Shown here: positions 26,870 through 35,241 of the stretch, piece after piece
Numbering within the stretch: position 1 is the stretch's first letter
Layout of the letters: each line of letters begins with the position of its first letter
From: Candidatus Palauibacter ramosifaciens
GTDB lineage: Bacteria; Gemmatimonadota; Gemmatimonadetes; Palauibacterales; Palauibacteraceae
Direction: 5' to 3'
Length of the DNA stretch: 64,000 nt
NCBI GenBank assembly: GCA_009845855.1
Contig: VXYT01000034.1
Span: 64,820-128,819 of the forward strand
Notes under the pieces: model-generated
Told to the model about the DNA's origin: nothing
Databases searched by the model: none
The model's input: the letters and a program-made list of their open reading frames with translations, nothing else
Made by a program: the position numbers and the translations under genes

Positions 26870-27184
26870 TCAGTTGTCGCAGCGGCGTAGATCGCGACCG
26901 GAGCGGTCTTCTTGCTCGAGGACGAGGAGGACGCGGGCCTGTCGCGTCTCCGAGACGACGACCCTCGGCGTCGGCGACCCGAAGCCGCCGCAGTCGGCCC
27001 GCACCTGGTACGCGCCGGGCGGCAGGTCCTCCATCGCGAAGCGGCCGGCAGCATCGGTCACGACTCGGACGTCGGTGCCGACCAGGATGACGGGCACGGC
27101 CGGGAACCCCCGCCCCGTGTTTCCGTTCACGACCCGCCCGGCGACCGATCCCGGCATCGTGACGGGGACGACCAGACGCGCCAC
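26870..27184 (-). pseudogene. Carboxypeptidase-regulatory-like (prealbumin-like) domain gene, probably 5'-truncated
   Basis: GSVAGRVVNGNTG....V.V.LVGT....VTDAAGRF....LPPGAYQVRA...GF; ends RRCDN; no signal peptide. Confidence 0.65.
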
Positions 27185-27204
27185 CTCACCGGGTTCGGCA
27201 CGGA

Positions 27205-27588
27205 GAGTATGCGATCGTCGGAGACCGCCATCGCCAACGGAGACTCAGCCTCGCCCGGCCCCTCTCCGTGAGGCACGAATGCGGCTTCCAGCGAACCGGA
27301 TGTCGTGAAGACGCGCACGTACGGCGGTGCCTGGTCGAGCACGACGACGAAACGTCCATCCGGGGTGAGATGGGCGTCACGGATTCGGGTGAAACCTTCC
27401 CCCTCCGAGGCGGGGTTTATCGCCGCGCCGATACGAACAGCCGAGTCGAGCAGGCGCGCCATGGACACGGAGACATCGACTGCATCCCGGTCGGCCGCGA
27501 GCTCAGACCCGTCGGGCGCGCGGTCGCCGCCACACGCCAGAAGGCCAACAAGCGCGGCGATCCTGCAGCGTACGTACGCATCGCCCAA
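27205..27588 (-). pseudogene. N-terminal fragment of a beta-propeller lipoprotein
   Basis: TTG start at 27588 after GGAGAG; lipobox LLAC; VLDQAPPYVRVF and GEGPGEAESP motifs. Homology stops after SDDRIL, where the sequence switches to the carboxypeptidase-like gene. The 27205 end is approximate. Confidence 0.7.
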
Positions 27589-27608
27589 TCGCTGCTCTCC
27601 TTGCCAGA

Positions 27609-27624
27609 CGTTCCCGCGGGAACG
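27609..27624. repeat. Perfect 16-bp palindrome CGTTCCCGCGGGAACG between propeller genes
   Basis: Read directly; self-complementary. Confidence 0.9.
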
Positions 27625-27661
27625 CGTGCTACTCCGGCTCGAGGCCCAGTGCGACCTGATC

Positions 27662-28850
27662 CTATCGGATGATTCGGAGACGCACGACGTACTGGAGGTC
27701 AAGCGCATCCCGTGAGACGCCGATGACCGTCTCTTCCCCGAACACCGGCGGGGGTTTCGTGTCGAGGAGAACCGGAGAGGCGATCTTGCCGATGTAGACC
27801 CCGTACTCGTCAAAGACGTCCCATTCCCGCACGGCTCCCGTTTCCGTAGCGACCCAGATCCACCCATTCGCACCGGAGTGAATGGAGCGGAGCGAGAGCT
27901 TGTGGTCCGGCAGTCTGTCCGGCGGCACGCCGGTCGCGGCGGCGATCTGTTGCCGATCATGACCAACAAGCGGGGCCGGGGGGCGACGCAACCGTATGGT
28001 CTTTGTGGTGTCACCCCGATACGTGACTCTGTGCAAGTCGAAGACCGCCTGGTTCGCCAACCAAACGTCCCCATCGGCAGCCACGTCGAGCGTAACGGCT
28101 GGCGAATGGGGGACGGGGGATATCTCCGTAAGGTTACCGGCAGTGCGCGAATACGTCTCGACCCGCCGGTCGAGGTGTGGGATCCGGAACGTATCGGCAG
28201 CGGCGAGTGCCTCGCCGCTGCCGTGTCGGACCAGGAATGTCGAGGGCGAGGTCGGCAGCGTCCCGTCCGGCACCCTGAACGGCACGGCCCAGCGATGCAC
28301 GCGCCCGCCGTTGTCGACCCAGAGCGGCCACGGGAACCGCGCGCTCGTGGCGGGTCCCAGAGAGAGCGATGCCCGAACCGCACCGGTCGAGTCGAACAGC
28401 GTCAACCGGTGCGCGAGGGCATCCATGGCCCTAGAGGGAGTGCCGCGACCGCGCGATGCCAGCCAGCATGGCGAACTCCCCGGGCCCGCTCCCGTCCCGA
28501 CCGAGGGTCTGCAGACATGCACCGCTGGGCGAAAAGATGCGAATAGTGTTCGCACCCAGATCGGCCACATAGATCCGTCCCGGACCGTCAACAAAAAGGG
28601 AGACTACACTGGCGAAGGCGTCGCAGTCGCCCTCCACCGATCCGATGCGCAACTCCTCGACCAGCGTCGGGGCGCGGGCTGCGCGCGACGAAGGCGAGTC
28701 GGGACTGGAGATGACGACCCGTCCGCCGCGGAGCGTGTCCACCCACACGCCGTCCGCACGGGCCGACGCCTCCTCGCAACCCGAGACGGAGACGGCCCCA
28801 CAGATCACACCGACCCAACAGCGGAGTGTCAGTTGTCGCAGCGGCGCACC
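27662..28850 (-). pseudogene. 6-bladed beta-propeller lipoprotein broken by a 1-nt frameshift
   Basis: The N-half (VSGC lipobox, EELRIG, IYVAD, GRDGSGPGEF) ends at TAG 28433-28431; the C-half is in ORF 27662-28594. Deleting base 28432 restores ...L-W-A-M-D-A-L-A-H-R-L-T-L-F-D. Start uncertain. Confidence 0.8.
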
Positions 28851-28881
28851 TCGCGGCCGGATCGATCTTCGGGCTCCAGGA
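28828..28881 (-). repeat. Second copy of the 3' end of the carboxypeptidase-like gene
   Basis: 45/54 identical to 26869-26922, including an exact GTCAGTTGTCGCAGCGGCG. Encodes VLEPEDRSGREVRRCDN* versus VLEQEDRSGRDLRRCDN*. Confidence 0.85.
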
Positions 28882-28961
28882 CCCGGCTCCTGCCCCCCCA
28901 CCGCCGCCGGCGGCCCGCCAGTCCCAGGGAACGGAAGCCGCGCGCCGACAGCCGCGCGCGT

Positions 28962-29987
28962 CTACCTCGCACAGGGAGAGCCGCCCGCTGGACGCAGCGG
29001 CCGCAAGGCGATCATGAACGCTTCGGGTTCGATTACGCGGGTGCGGCGACCGTTGATTTGGCGGACGCTGACACCGCGTTCGTACACGATGGCGCTATCA
29101 CCGTGCACACCCATGATGGATCGGTGACGCTCACGGCTTTCGTCCACCAGGAGCGAGTAGCAACCCGTGGCCGGATCGATGATGGCGGCGGCGAACTCGA
29201 GGCGCATGTGGTTGACGAACGTAAGCACCAAGTGGCCCTGGCCGTCGTGTGAAAGGCTCCTGTAGGAACTCGTGTAGCGCCCGCCATCGGGTCTGGACGC
29301 CCGCCACTCCGTCACGGCCTCGGCGACCTCCGGGGGGACGGGCACGGTGATCGACTCACCCGCGGTCGAATGACCGACGATGGTCCCTTCCGCGATGAAG
29401 TACGCCATGTCGTCGAAGCAGACCCCGTCGGCGGCGAGTAAAGATCTTGAGCGGCCGGCGTCCTGCAGGGGACGCTGACCAGCGCCGAGGCGCGCTCCAC
29501 CGGGCCCCCGAAGCGCCCCGTGCAGGAGCGGAACGACCGGGTCGTCACCCATGGCGCATACGTATTTTGCGAAATTCAAGCCCGGATTCCAGGTCCAGGC
29601 CGAATCGGCGGCCACGGTCCAATAATTGACGCGCAAACCATCGGACACGAGCAGGCCACCATTGGCCGCCGCCACATCCTGGACCATGTTGCGCACCTCG
29701 CCCGGGCCGTCGCCGCGTCCCCTGCCGTACGTGCCGACGACGGTTCCGTCCGCGATCGAGAACGCGACCACGAGCCCAGGCTCACCGACCTCGGCGACGT
29801 AGATCCGCCTTCGTTCATGATCCACCTCGAACACATGCGTCAGAAAGGCGCGCGTCCAGTCGTTCACCACCTCCCGTCCCGCCTGGTGGTCCACTGACAA
29901 CCGCTGCTGCCCCGCCAGGGGTAGCGAGGAAAGGCATAACCAGAGGGCGACGAGGAGTCGAAGGGCTCTCCCCTTGTCGGTGCCCAT
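28962..29987 (-). CDS. Secreted 6-bladed beta-propeller-like protein, intact
   Basis: Signal peptide ending LAG-Q; IYVAE, YGRGRGDGPGEVR motifs; starts 4 nt after the upstream gene's stop. Confidence 0.8.
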   Translation of the reverse strand: MGTDKGRALRLLVALWLCLSSLPLAGQQRLSVDHQAGREVVNDWTRAFLTHVFEVDHERRRIYVAEVGEPGLVVAFSIADGTVVGTYGRGRGDGPGEVRNMVQDVAAANGGLLVSDGLRVNYWTVAADSAWTWNPGLNFAKYVCAMGDDPVVPLLHGALRGPGGARLGAGQRPLQDAGRSRSLLAADGVCFDDMAYFIAEGTIVGHSTAGESITVPVPPEVAEAVTEWRASRPDGGRYTSSYRSLSHDGQGHLVLTFVNHMRLEFAAAIIDPATGCYSLLVDESRERHRSIMGVHGDSAIVYERGVSVRQINGRRTRVIEPEAFMIALRPLRPAGGSPCAR

Positions 29988-29991
29988 CGAT

Positions 29992-30510
29992 CTAGTAGAC
30001 GAAGGAATGGGAATCGCCTGCTGCTACTCCGTTTTGCCCGCACCCGGAGTAGTCGCAAAGAACCGTTACACTGCCCAGTGGACCAACATCGTACCATTGT
30101 TCCGTCAGGCGACAGGCTTCTATAGCCGAGGGGGCTCCGGCGTTCGCCGCGCCATTCGGATCCGGGATGCGTGACTGAGCCGGCGCCGCCGGCTCGGCCA
30201 GGAGCGTGGTGCAGAGGAGCACCTCCTCTGTCGTAAGCAGCGAAGGCGCCGAGGGGTGGCCAGATTTGACGGTTCGGGACGGCGCGTTCTCGATGAACCC
30301 GGACATCGACGCTCCCTGGATTTCTCCGACCGGGGCCTGACCGGCTACCGCATCGGGGAGTACCGTAAGCACTACTCCGAGCGACAGCACCAACACGCTA
30401 CGCCAGCTCGATCCTGCGTGGGCGGCCCTATGCGGCACAAGCGAAGCTACGAGCGCTGCGACCAGAGCGCACGGAACAGGCCTGTAGCGTCGTGTTCTTA
30501 CGTTCGACAT
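29992..30510 (-). CDS. Secreted Cys-containing precursor-like protein (172 aa)
   Basis: ATG at 30510 after GGGAGG. Two hydrophobic segments (ending AAHA and AVAG), a low-complexity Pro/Ala/Ser spacer, and a C-terminal ~40 aa with C-x18-C-x4-C. Confidence 0.6.
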   Translation of the reverse strand: MSNVRTRRYRPVPCALVAALVASLVPHRAAHAGSSWRSVLVLSLGVVLTVLPDAVAGQAPVGEIQGASMSGFIENAPSRTVKSGHPSAPSLLTTEEVLLCTTLLAEPAAPAQSRIPDPNGAANAGAPSAIEACRLTEQWYDVGPLGSVTVLCDYSGCGQNGVAAGDSHSFVY

Positions 30511-30575
30511 CTCTGCCTCCCGGACCCAGAGGGACGCTCGCCCCGGAACTCGTTCCCGAGGCTCGTACATGGACG

Positions 30576-31457
30576 CTACGGGGCAGCAACCGGCGTCGGG
30601 TAGATGCAATATCGGTGAATCTTTGACGAAATCGGTGTAGTGCTGGCCGCATGTGGTTTCAGGCGTTCCGTGAACCGAAGTCCGCTACCGGTCTTGGGGT
30701 CGCCGGGCCGCGTCGGCCGCAAGTACTGCTCCACGAGCGCTTTCAGCAGGCGGTCAGGAGGGACCTTCTCCAGTTGCACCAGCGTGCACCCGCGCCAGCG
30801 TTTCGACTTGCGCTGAAGCGTCTCGCGGGCGAAGCCGAGGTGCATGCTGACGCTGTTCCAGTTCAGGCCCGAGGAACGAAGTTGCCTGGCTCTCAGGATC
30901 ACCAGGGCCGCCAAGAATCGGCTCAGGGTCGTCCTCCGATCGTGCCATGTACTGAACGCCTTCGAGAGTGTGATCGGCGAGTAGCGAACGGCGGCGGCCA
31001 ACTCGTTCACGCTACGCACGGGCCGGTCGGTGGCGGCGCGGAGGCTGTACGGCAGCGCGGTTCGAAGGGCGGGGGGCAGCGTCGCTTCCCCGGCTTGCTC
31101 GGCCAGGCGCAGCAGCGGGACCGACCCGCGGGCCGCTTCGATCTCGAGCGGGAGTTCGGTCTGCAGGTCCGCGAACCAGGCGACGGCGGACGCTTTGACG
31201 TCGCTCAGCCGGCGAACGGCTTCGGGCTCGCGATCCGTGACGAGGATGAGGGGAATCCACAGCCTCTTCCGTTCGATGTCCCCCAGGAGTTCGATCGTCT
31301 CCGCCGGGATGGGATGGCGGCAACCGAGAATCAGACACTCCACCGGGTCATCGCCATTCACAAACTGAGCGGCATTCGTCACGATCCGCGCGGCGCTGCC
31401 GGCCGCTCGCGCGATCAGTGCCGCGTCGTTCTTCGAGCCCGCCAGAACGTTGATCAT
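30576..31457 (-). CDS. Transcriptional regulator: degenerate receiver-like N-domain plus AraC-type HTH
   Basis: ATG at 31457 after GGAGGAGG; WIPLILVT receiver strand; SVNELAAAVRYSPITLSKAF and WNSVSMHLGF..RETL helix-turn-helix pair. Confidence 0.75.
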   Translation of the reverse strand: MINVLAGSKNDAALIARAAGSAARIVTNAAQFVNGDDPVECLILGCRHPIPAETIELLGDIERKRLWIPLILVTDREPEAVRRLSDVKASAVAWFADLQTELPLEIEAARGSVPLLRLAEQAGEATLPPALRTALPYSLRAATDRPVRSVNELAAAVRYSPITLSKAFSTWHDRRTTLSRFLAALVILRARQLRSSGLNWNSVSMHLGFARETLQRKSKRWRGCTLVQLEKVPPDRLLKALVEQYLRPTRPGDPKTGSGLRFTERLKPHAASTTPISSKIHRYCIYPTPVAAP

Positions 31458-31611
31458 CCGATCCTCCTCCGAGCGTTTCTGATGCACCCCCCTACTATTA
31501 ATGGTCCTCCCGAGCATCAAACTTCGTTCGGGCTCGTTGGGCGTTGGGGCCGGATGGGGGCGTCGGAATCGCCGAAAACCCGCTTGGGCTGTACGGATTC
31601 GGGGGTTGCTG

Positions 31612-32817
31612 CTAGGCTCCGAACTTCGCGAGGCGACCGGCGCTGGCCATCGCGAGGCGCATGAGATCGCAGCCTCGGACGCGGCCGTGGGCTCCGGCGC
31701 GGCACGCGGTCTCGCCGAAGGTGGTGGCGTCGTCGCTGCGGGCCGGGGGGCCGTGGAGGAGGAAGGGCACTGGGTGCCAACTGTGGCTGCTCATGACGGA
31801 GGGGGTCGAGTGGTCGCCGGTCACGAGGATGACGTCGGGACCCGCATCGACGAGGTCGGGCACGATGGCGTCCGCTTCCTCGATGGCGGCTACCTTGCGG
31901 TCGAAGTCGCCGTCTTCTCCGGCCTTGTCGGGAGGCTTGAAGTGGAGGAAGAAGAAATCGTAGTCGGCGAACCGCGCCTTGAGGGCGTCGACGAGCGGGG
32001 GGGCGCCCGCGGGCACCGTGCGCGCGTCCATGCCGACGAGCCGCGCGACGCCGCGGTACATGGGGTACGCGGCGGCGGCGGCGGCCCGCATGCCGAATAC
32101 GTCGGGGAAGCGGGGCCAGCCGGGCTGGCTGGAGACGCCGCGCAGGAGCGCCATGTTCGCCTGCGTCCGGCCGGCGAGCCGTTCGGCGGCGGCTTCGAGC
32201 CACGCGGCGAGGAGCCGGGCGGTCGGCTCGGATGCCGCGTTCCGCGCGACGGGGGCCCGGATCGGCAGGCCCGGCCGGCCGGGATCGGTGTCGTTGACCG
32301 CGTCGCCCGCGGGGGCCTCGGGGTGCAGGACGAGGACGAAGCGGTGTTCCTTCACGTGACGCACGGTACAGCGGGCGCCGTCGAGTTCGATGGCGTTGAG
32401 CCGGGCGGCAAGGGGGGCGGCTTCCGCGCACGGGATGCGGCCCGCGCGGCGGTCGGCCACCCGGCCCCGGGCGTCGAGGGTACAGAAGTTGGCGCGCACG
32501 GCGATGTCGCCCGGTCCGAGCGGGAATTCGATGCCGAGGGCCTCGAGCACGCCGCGGCCGGTCTCGTACACGAGGGGATCGTAGCCGAACAGGGCCAGGT
32601 GGCCGGGACCGCTGCCCGGGGTGATGCCCGGCGCAACGGGGTCGTGGAGGCCGCACGTCCCGGCGCGGGCGAGTTCGTCGAGGTGCGGCGTGCGGGCGGC
32701 CTCGAGTTCGGTCGGCCCCCCGGGCTCGCGCGGCAGCCCGCCCAGCCCGTCGAGCACGTAGAGCAGCACCTTGCCGCCCCCGCCTCCGGCGAGACGGGCG
32801 ATCCGGTTGAGTTCCAT
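31612..32817 (-). CDS. apgM: 2,3-bisphosphoglycerate-independent phosphoglycerate mutase (ApgM type)
   Basis: VLDGLG, TELEAA.TP.LD.LA, PGSGPGHLALFGYDP, HFK.PDKAGEDG, TGDHSTP. Confidence 0.92.
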   Translation of the reverse strand: MELNRIARLAGGGGGKVLLYVLDGLGGLPREPGGPTELEAARTPHLDELARAGTCGLHDPVAPGITPGSGPGHLALFGYDPLVYETGRGVLEALGIEFPLGPGDIAVRANFCTLDARGRVADRRAGRIPCAEAAPLAARLNAIELDGARCTVRHVKEHRFVLVLHPEAPAGDAVNDTDPGRPGLPIRAPVARNAASEPTARLLAAWLEAAAERLAGRTQANMALLRGVSSQPGWPRFPDVFGMRAAAAAAYPMYRGVARLVGMDARTVPAGAPPLVDALKARFADYDFFFLHFKPPDKAGEDGDFDRKVAAIEEADAIVPDLVDAGPDVILVTGDHSTPSVMSSHSWHPVPFLLHGPPARSDDATTFGETACRAGAHGRVRGCDLMRLAMASAGRLAKFGA

Positions 32818-32924
32818 GCGGCGGAACGTATGAGCGCCCCCCGCGCTCAGCCAACAGCGCGCGCGTGGGTAGCGCGGGCGCAGCGGGTGCGCGGACCGGC
32901 TGCGCACGGGTCGGGAGTCGGCCG

Positions 32925-33575
32925 GTGAACCTGGCGGTTGTAGCCGAAGGGGTCACCCGTCGCTTCGGGCGCCGCTGGGCGCTGCGCGGGGTCGACCTCG
33001 CCGTGCCGCGCGGGGCGGTCGTCGCGCTGCTCGGCGCCAACGGGACGGGCAAGACGACGCTGCTCCGCGTGGTCTCGACGCTGCTCAGGCCGACGGCGGG
33101 CCGGGTGCAGGTCCTCGGGCACGCCCTCCCCGCGGGCGAGGACGAGATCCGGGCGCGCGCCGCGTTCATGACGGCGGGCGGGCACGCCTACGAAGAGTTG
33201 ACGGGGGTCGAGAACCTGCGTTTCGCGGCCCGCATGTCGGGGAAGACGGCCTCCGACGATGACCTGCGGGGCGCGCTGGCCGCCGTGGATCTCGGCGGCG
33301 CGGCGGACGTCCCGGTGCGCGCGTGGTCGACCGGGATGCGCCAGCGCCTCGAACTGGCGCGGCTCCGGCTCCGTCCCCTGGAACTCGTGCTGCTCGACGA
33401 GCCCTTCGTGAGCCTGGACGAGGACGGCGTGGGGCTCGTGCACGAGGCGGTCCGCGGTTGGCGCGAGGCCGGCGCGGCCGTGGTCATCGCCTCGCACCGC
33501 GTCGACGACGCGACCCGACACGCCGACGAGGTCGTGCGGCTGGTGGGCGGCCGGGTGGCCGCGGGGACCGCATGA
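32925..33575 (+). CDS. ccmA: Heme exporter ATP-binding protein
   Basis: GANGTGKTT, WSTGMRQR, LLDEPF; upstream of ccmBC. Confidence 0.9.
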   Translation: MNLAVVAEGVTRRFGRRWALRGVDLAVPRGAVVALLGANGTGKTTLLRVVSTLLRPTAGRVQVLGHALPAGEDEIRARAAFMTAGGHAYEELTGVENLRFAARMSGKTASDDDLRGALAAVDLGGAADVPVRAWSTGMRQRLELARLRLRPLELVLLDEPFVSLDEDGVGLVHEAVRGWREAGAAVVIASHRVDDATRHADEVVRLVGGRVAAGTA

Positions 33576-34252
33576 GCGCGCTCGCGCGGCGAGCCGCCGC
33601 CATCCTGTGGAAGGACATCCTCTCGGAGACCCGCACGCGGCAGGGCTTCACGGCGATGCTCTCCTTCGCCGCGCTCGTCCTCTTCATGTTCAGCTTCGCC
33701 ATCGGGGTGGACAACGACCTGCTCGGACGGCTGGCCGGCGGCCTCCTCTGGGTGGCGATCGTCTTCACCGGGACCCTGTCGCTGGGCCGCACCTTCCAGA
33801 ACGAGGAACTCGCGGGCGGGACCCGCCTGCTCCGGCTCTATCCGGGCGACGTGCGCGCGATCTACCTGGGGAAGCTGGCCGGCAACCTCGTCGTGCTCGC
33901 CGCGCTCGAGGTCGTCCTCTTCCCCGCCGCCGCGATCCTGTACGGGGTCGACTTCGCGGCGCAGGCGGGACCGCTCCTCCTCGTCGCCGCCCTCGGCACC
34001 TTCGGCTTCTCCGTCATCGGGACCTTCTTCTCCGCCCTCACGGTCCACCTGCGGGCGCGCGAACTCCTGCTGCCGCTCCTCCTCTTCCCCGCCCTCGTCC
34101 CCGTCGTCCTCGCGAGCGTCGGCGCCACGGAAGCGTTCCTCGCCGGCGACCCGCTCGGGCGGGCGACGGGGTGGCTGAGGTTACTCGCGTCCTACGACGT
34201 GATATTGTTCGTCGTCTGCGTGTGGATCTTCCCCGTCGTCCTCGAGGAGTGA
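33572..34252 (+). CDS. ccmB: Heme exporter permease
   Basis: ATGA overlap; WKD...E.R.R, RELLLPLLLFP, YD.I motifs. Confidence 0.9.
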   Translation: MSALARRAAAILWKDILSETRTRQGFTAMLSFAALVLFMFSFAIGVDNDLLGRLAGGLLWVAIVFTGTLSLGRTFQNEELAGGTRLLRLYPGDVRAIYLGKLAGNLVVLAALEVVLFPAAAILYGVDFAAQAGPLLLVAALGTFGFSVIGTFFSALTVHLRARELLLPLLLFPALVPVVLASVGATEAFLAGDPLGRATGWLRLLASYDVILFVVCVWIFPVVLEE

Positions 34253-34262
34253 TGCGGGTTTC

Positions 34263-34922
34263 ATGAATCGACTGACCATGCTGGGGTGGCTGGCGATCGC
34301 CCTCATCGCCGTCGGCAGCGTGCTCGGGCTCGTCGTCCTGCCCGCCGACGCGCTGCAGGGCGAGGTCCAGCGCCTCCTCTACGTCCATGTGCCGGTCGCG
34401 TGGGTGATGATGCTCGCGTTCTTCGTCGTCTTCCTGATGAGCATCCTCTACCTCGTGCAGCGCCGGCTGAAATGGGACCTCCTCGCGGTCTCCGCCGCGG
34501 AACTCGGGGTGGTCGCCGCCGTCCTCACCCTCATCCTCGGCACGCTGTGGGGCCGGCCCACGTGGGGGATCTGGTGGGCGTGGGATCCGCGAATCACGAC
34601 CACGGCGCTCCTCGTACCCATCTACACGGGCTACCTCGTCGTGCGCTCGATGGCGGAGGATCCGGACCGGCGGGCGCGCTGGGCGGCCGTGATCGGCCTC
34701 ATCGCGTTCGTCCAGGTCCCGATCGTGTACCTGTCGGTGTTCTGGTGGCGGAGCCTGCACCAGCCCCCGTCGTCCCCGCAGTCGATGTGGAGCGCGTACG
34801 GGCTCGTGATGCTGCTCGGATTCGTCGCGTACACGCTCGCGTTCGCGTACCTGTGGCTGCGGCGCTACCGGCTGGCTGCAACGGAACTCGAACTCGAACT
34901 GTCGGGACCGGAGGAGGGATGA
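34263..34922 (+). CDS. ccmC: Heme exporter / cytochrome c biogenesis protein
   Basis: YVHVP.AW, WGRPTWG.WW.WDPR (WWD motif), WW.SLHQ. Confidence 0.92.
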   Translation: MNRLTMLGWLAIALIAVGSVLGLVVLPADALQGEVQRLLYVHVPVAWVMMLAFFVVFLMSILYLVQRRLKWDLLAVSAAELGVVAAVLTLILGTLWGRPTWGIWWAWDPRITTTALLVPIYTGYLVVRSMAEDPDRRARWAAVIGLIAFVQVPIVYLSVFWWRSLHQPPSSPQSMWSAYGLVMLLGFVAYTLAFAYLWLRRYRLAATELELELSGPEEG

Positions 34923-34929
34923 ACCGGTT

Positions 34930-35082
34930 ATGAACGATCACTGGCTGTTCATCGGAGCCGGATACGGCATCACGTGGGTCGCGCTGTGCTGGTATCTCCT
35001 CCGCCTGCGACGCCGGGAACGCGCGGTCGCCGCGGCTTCCGGCCGGGGCGGCGAGGGAGCCCGAGCGGGGGGTCCGGGGTAG
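34930..35082 (+). CDS. ccmD: Heme exporter protein D (50 aa; not in the ORF track)
   Basis: Hand translation MNDHWLFIGAGYGITWVALCWYLLRLRRRERA...; one TM helix plus basic tail, directly after ccmC. Confidence 0.8.
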   Translation: MNDHWLFIGAGYGITWVALCWYLLRLRRRERAVAAASGRGGEGARAGGPG

Positions 35083-35241
35083 AAGCAGTCGGGAAAACGT
35101 GCGGTTCGCTCCGATTTTCTCTATTATTTCAAGTTTGTATCAAGAGCGATCGGATCGAACCGTGGCGGGGCGGAGTTCCGGTTGGCCCACCCCGCGGCGA
35201 TGGTTTTCAACAACCGACCCGGGTCAGGATTCGGATCTAAT

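Noticed and set aside
32925-35082. ccmABCD without ccmE/F/H as an incomplete pathway
   Set aside because: Split ccm clusters are common; the other genes may lie outside the window.
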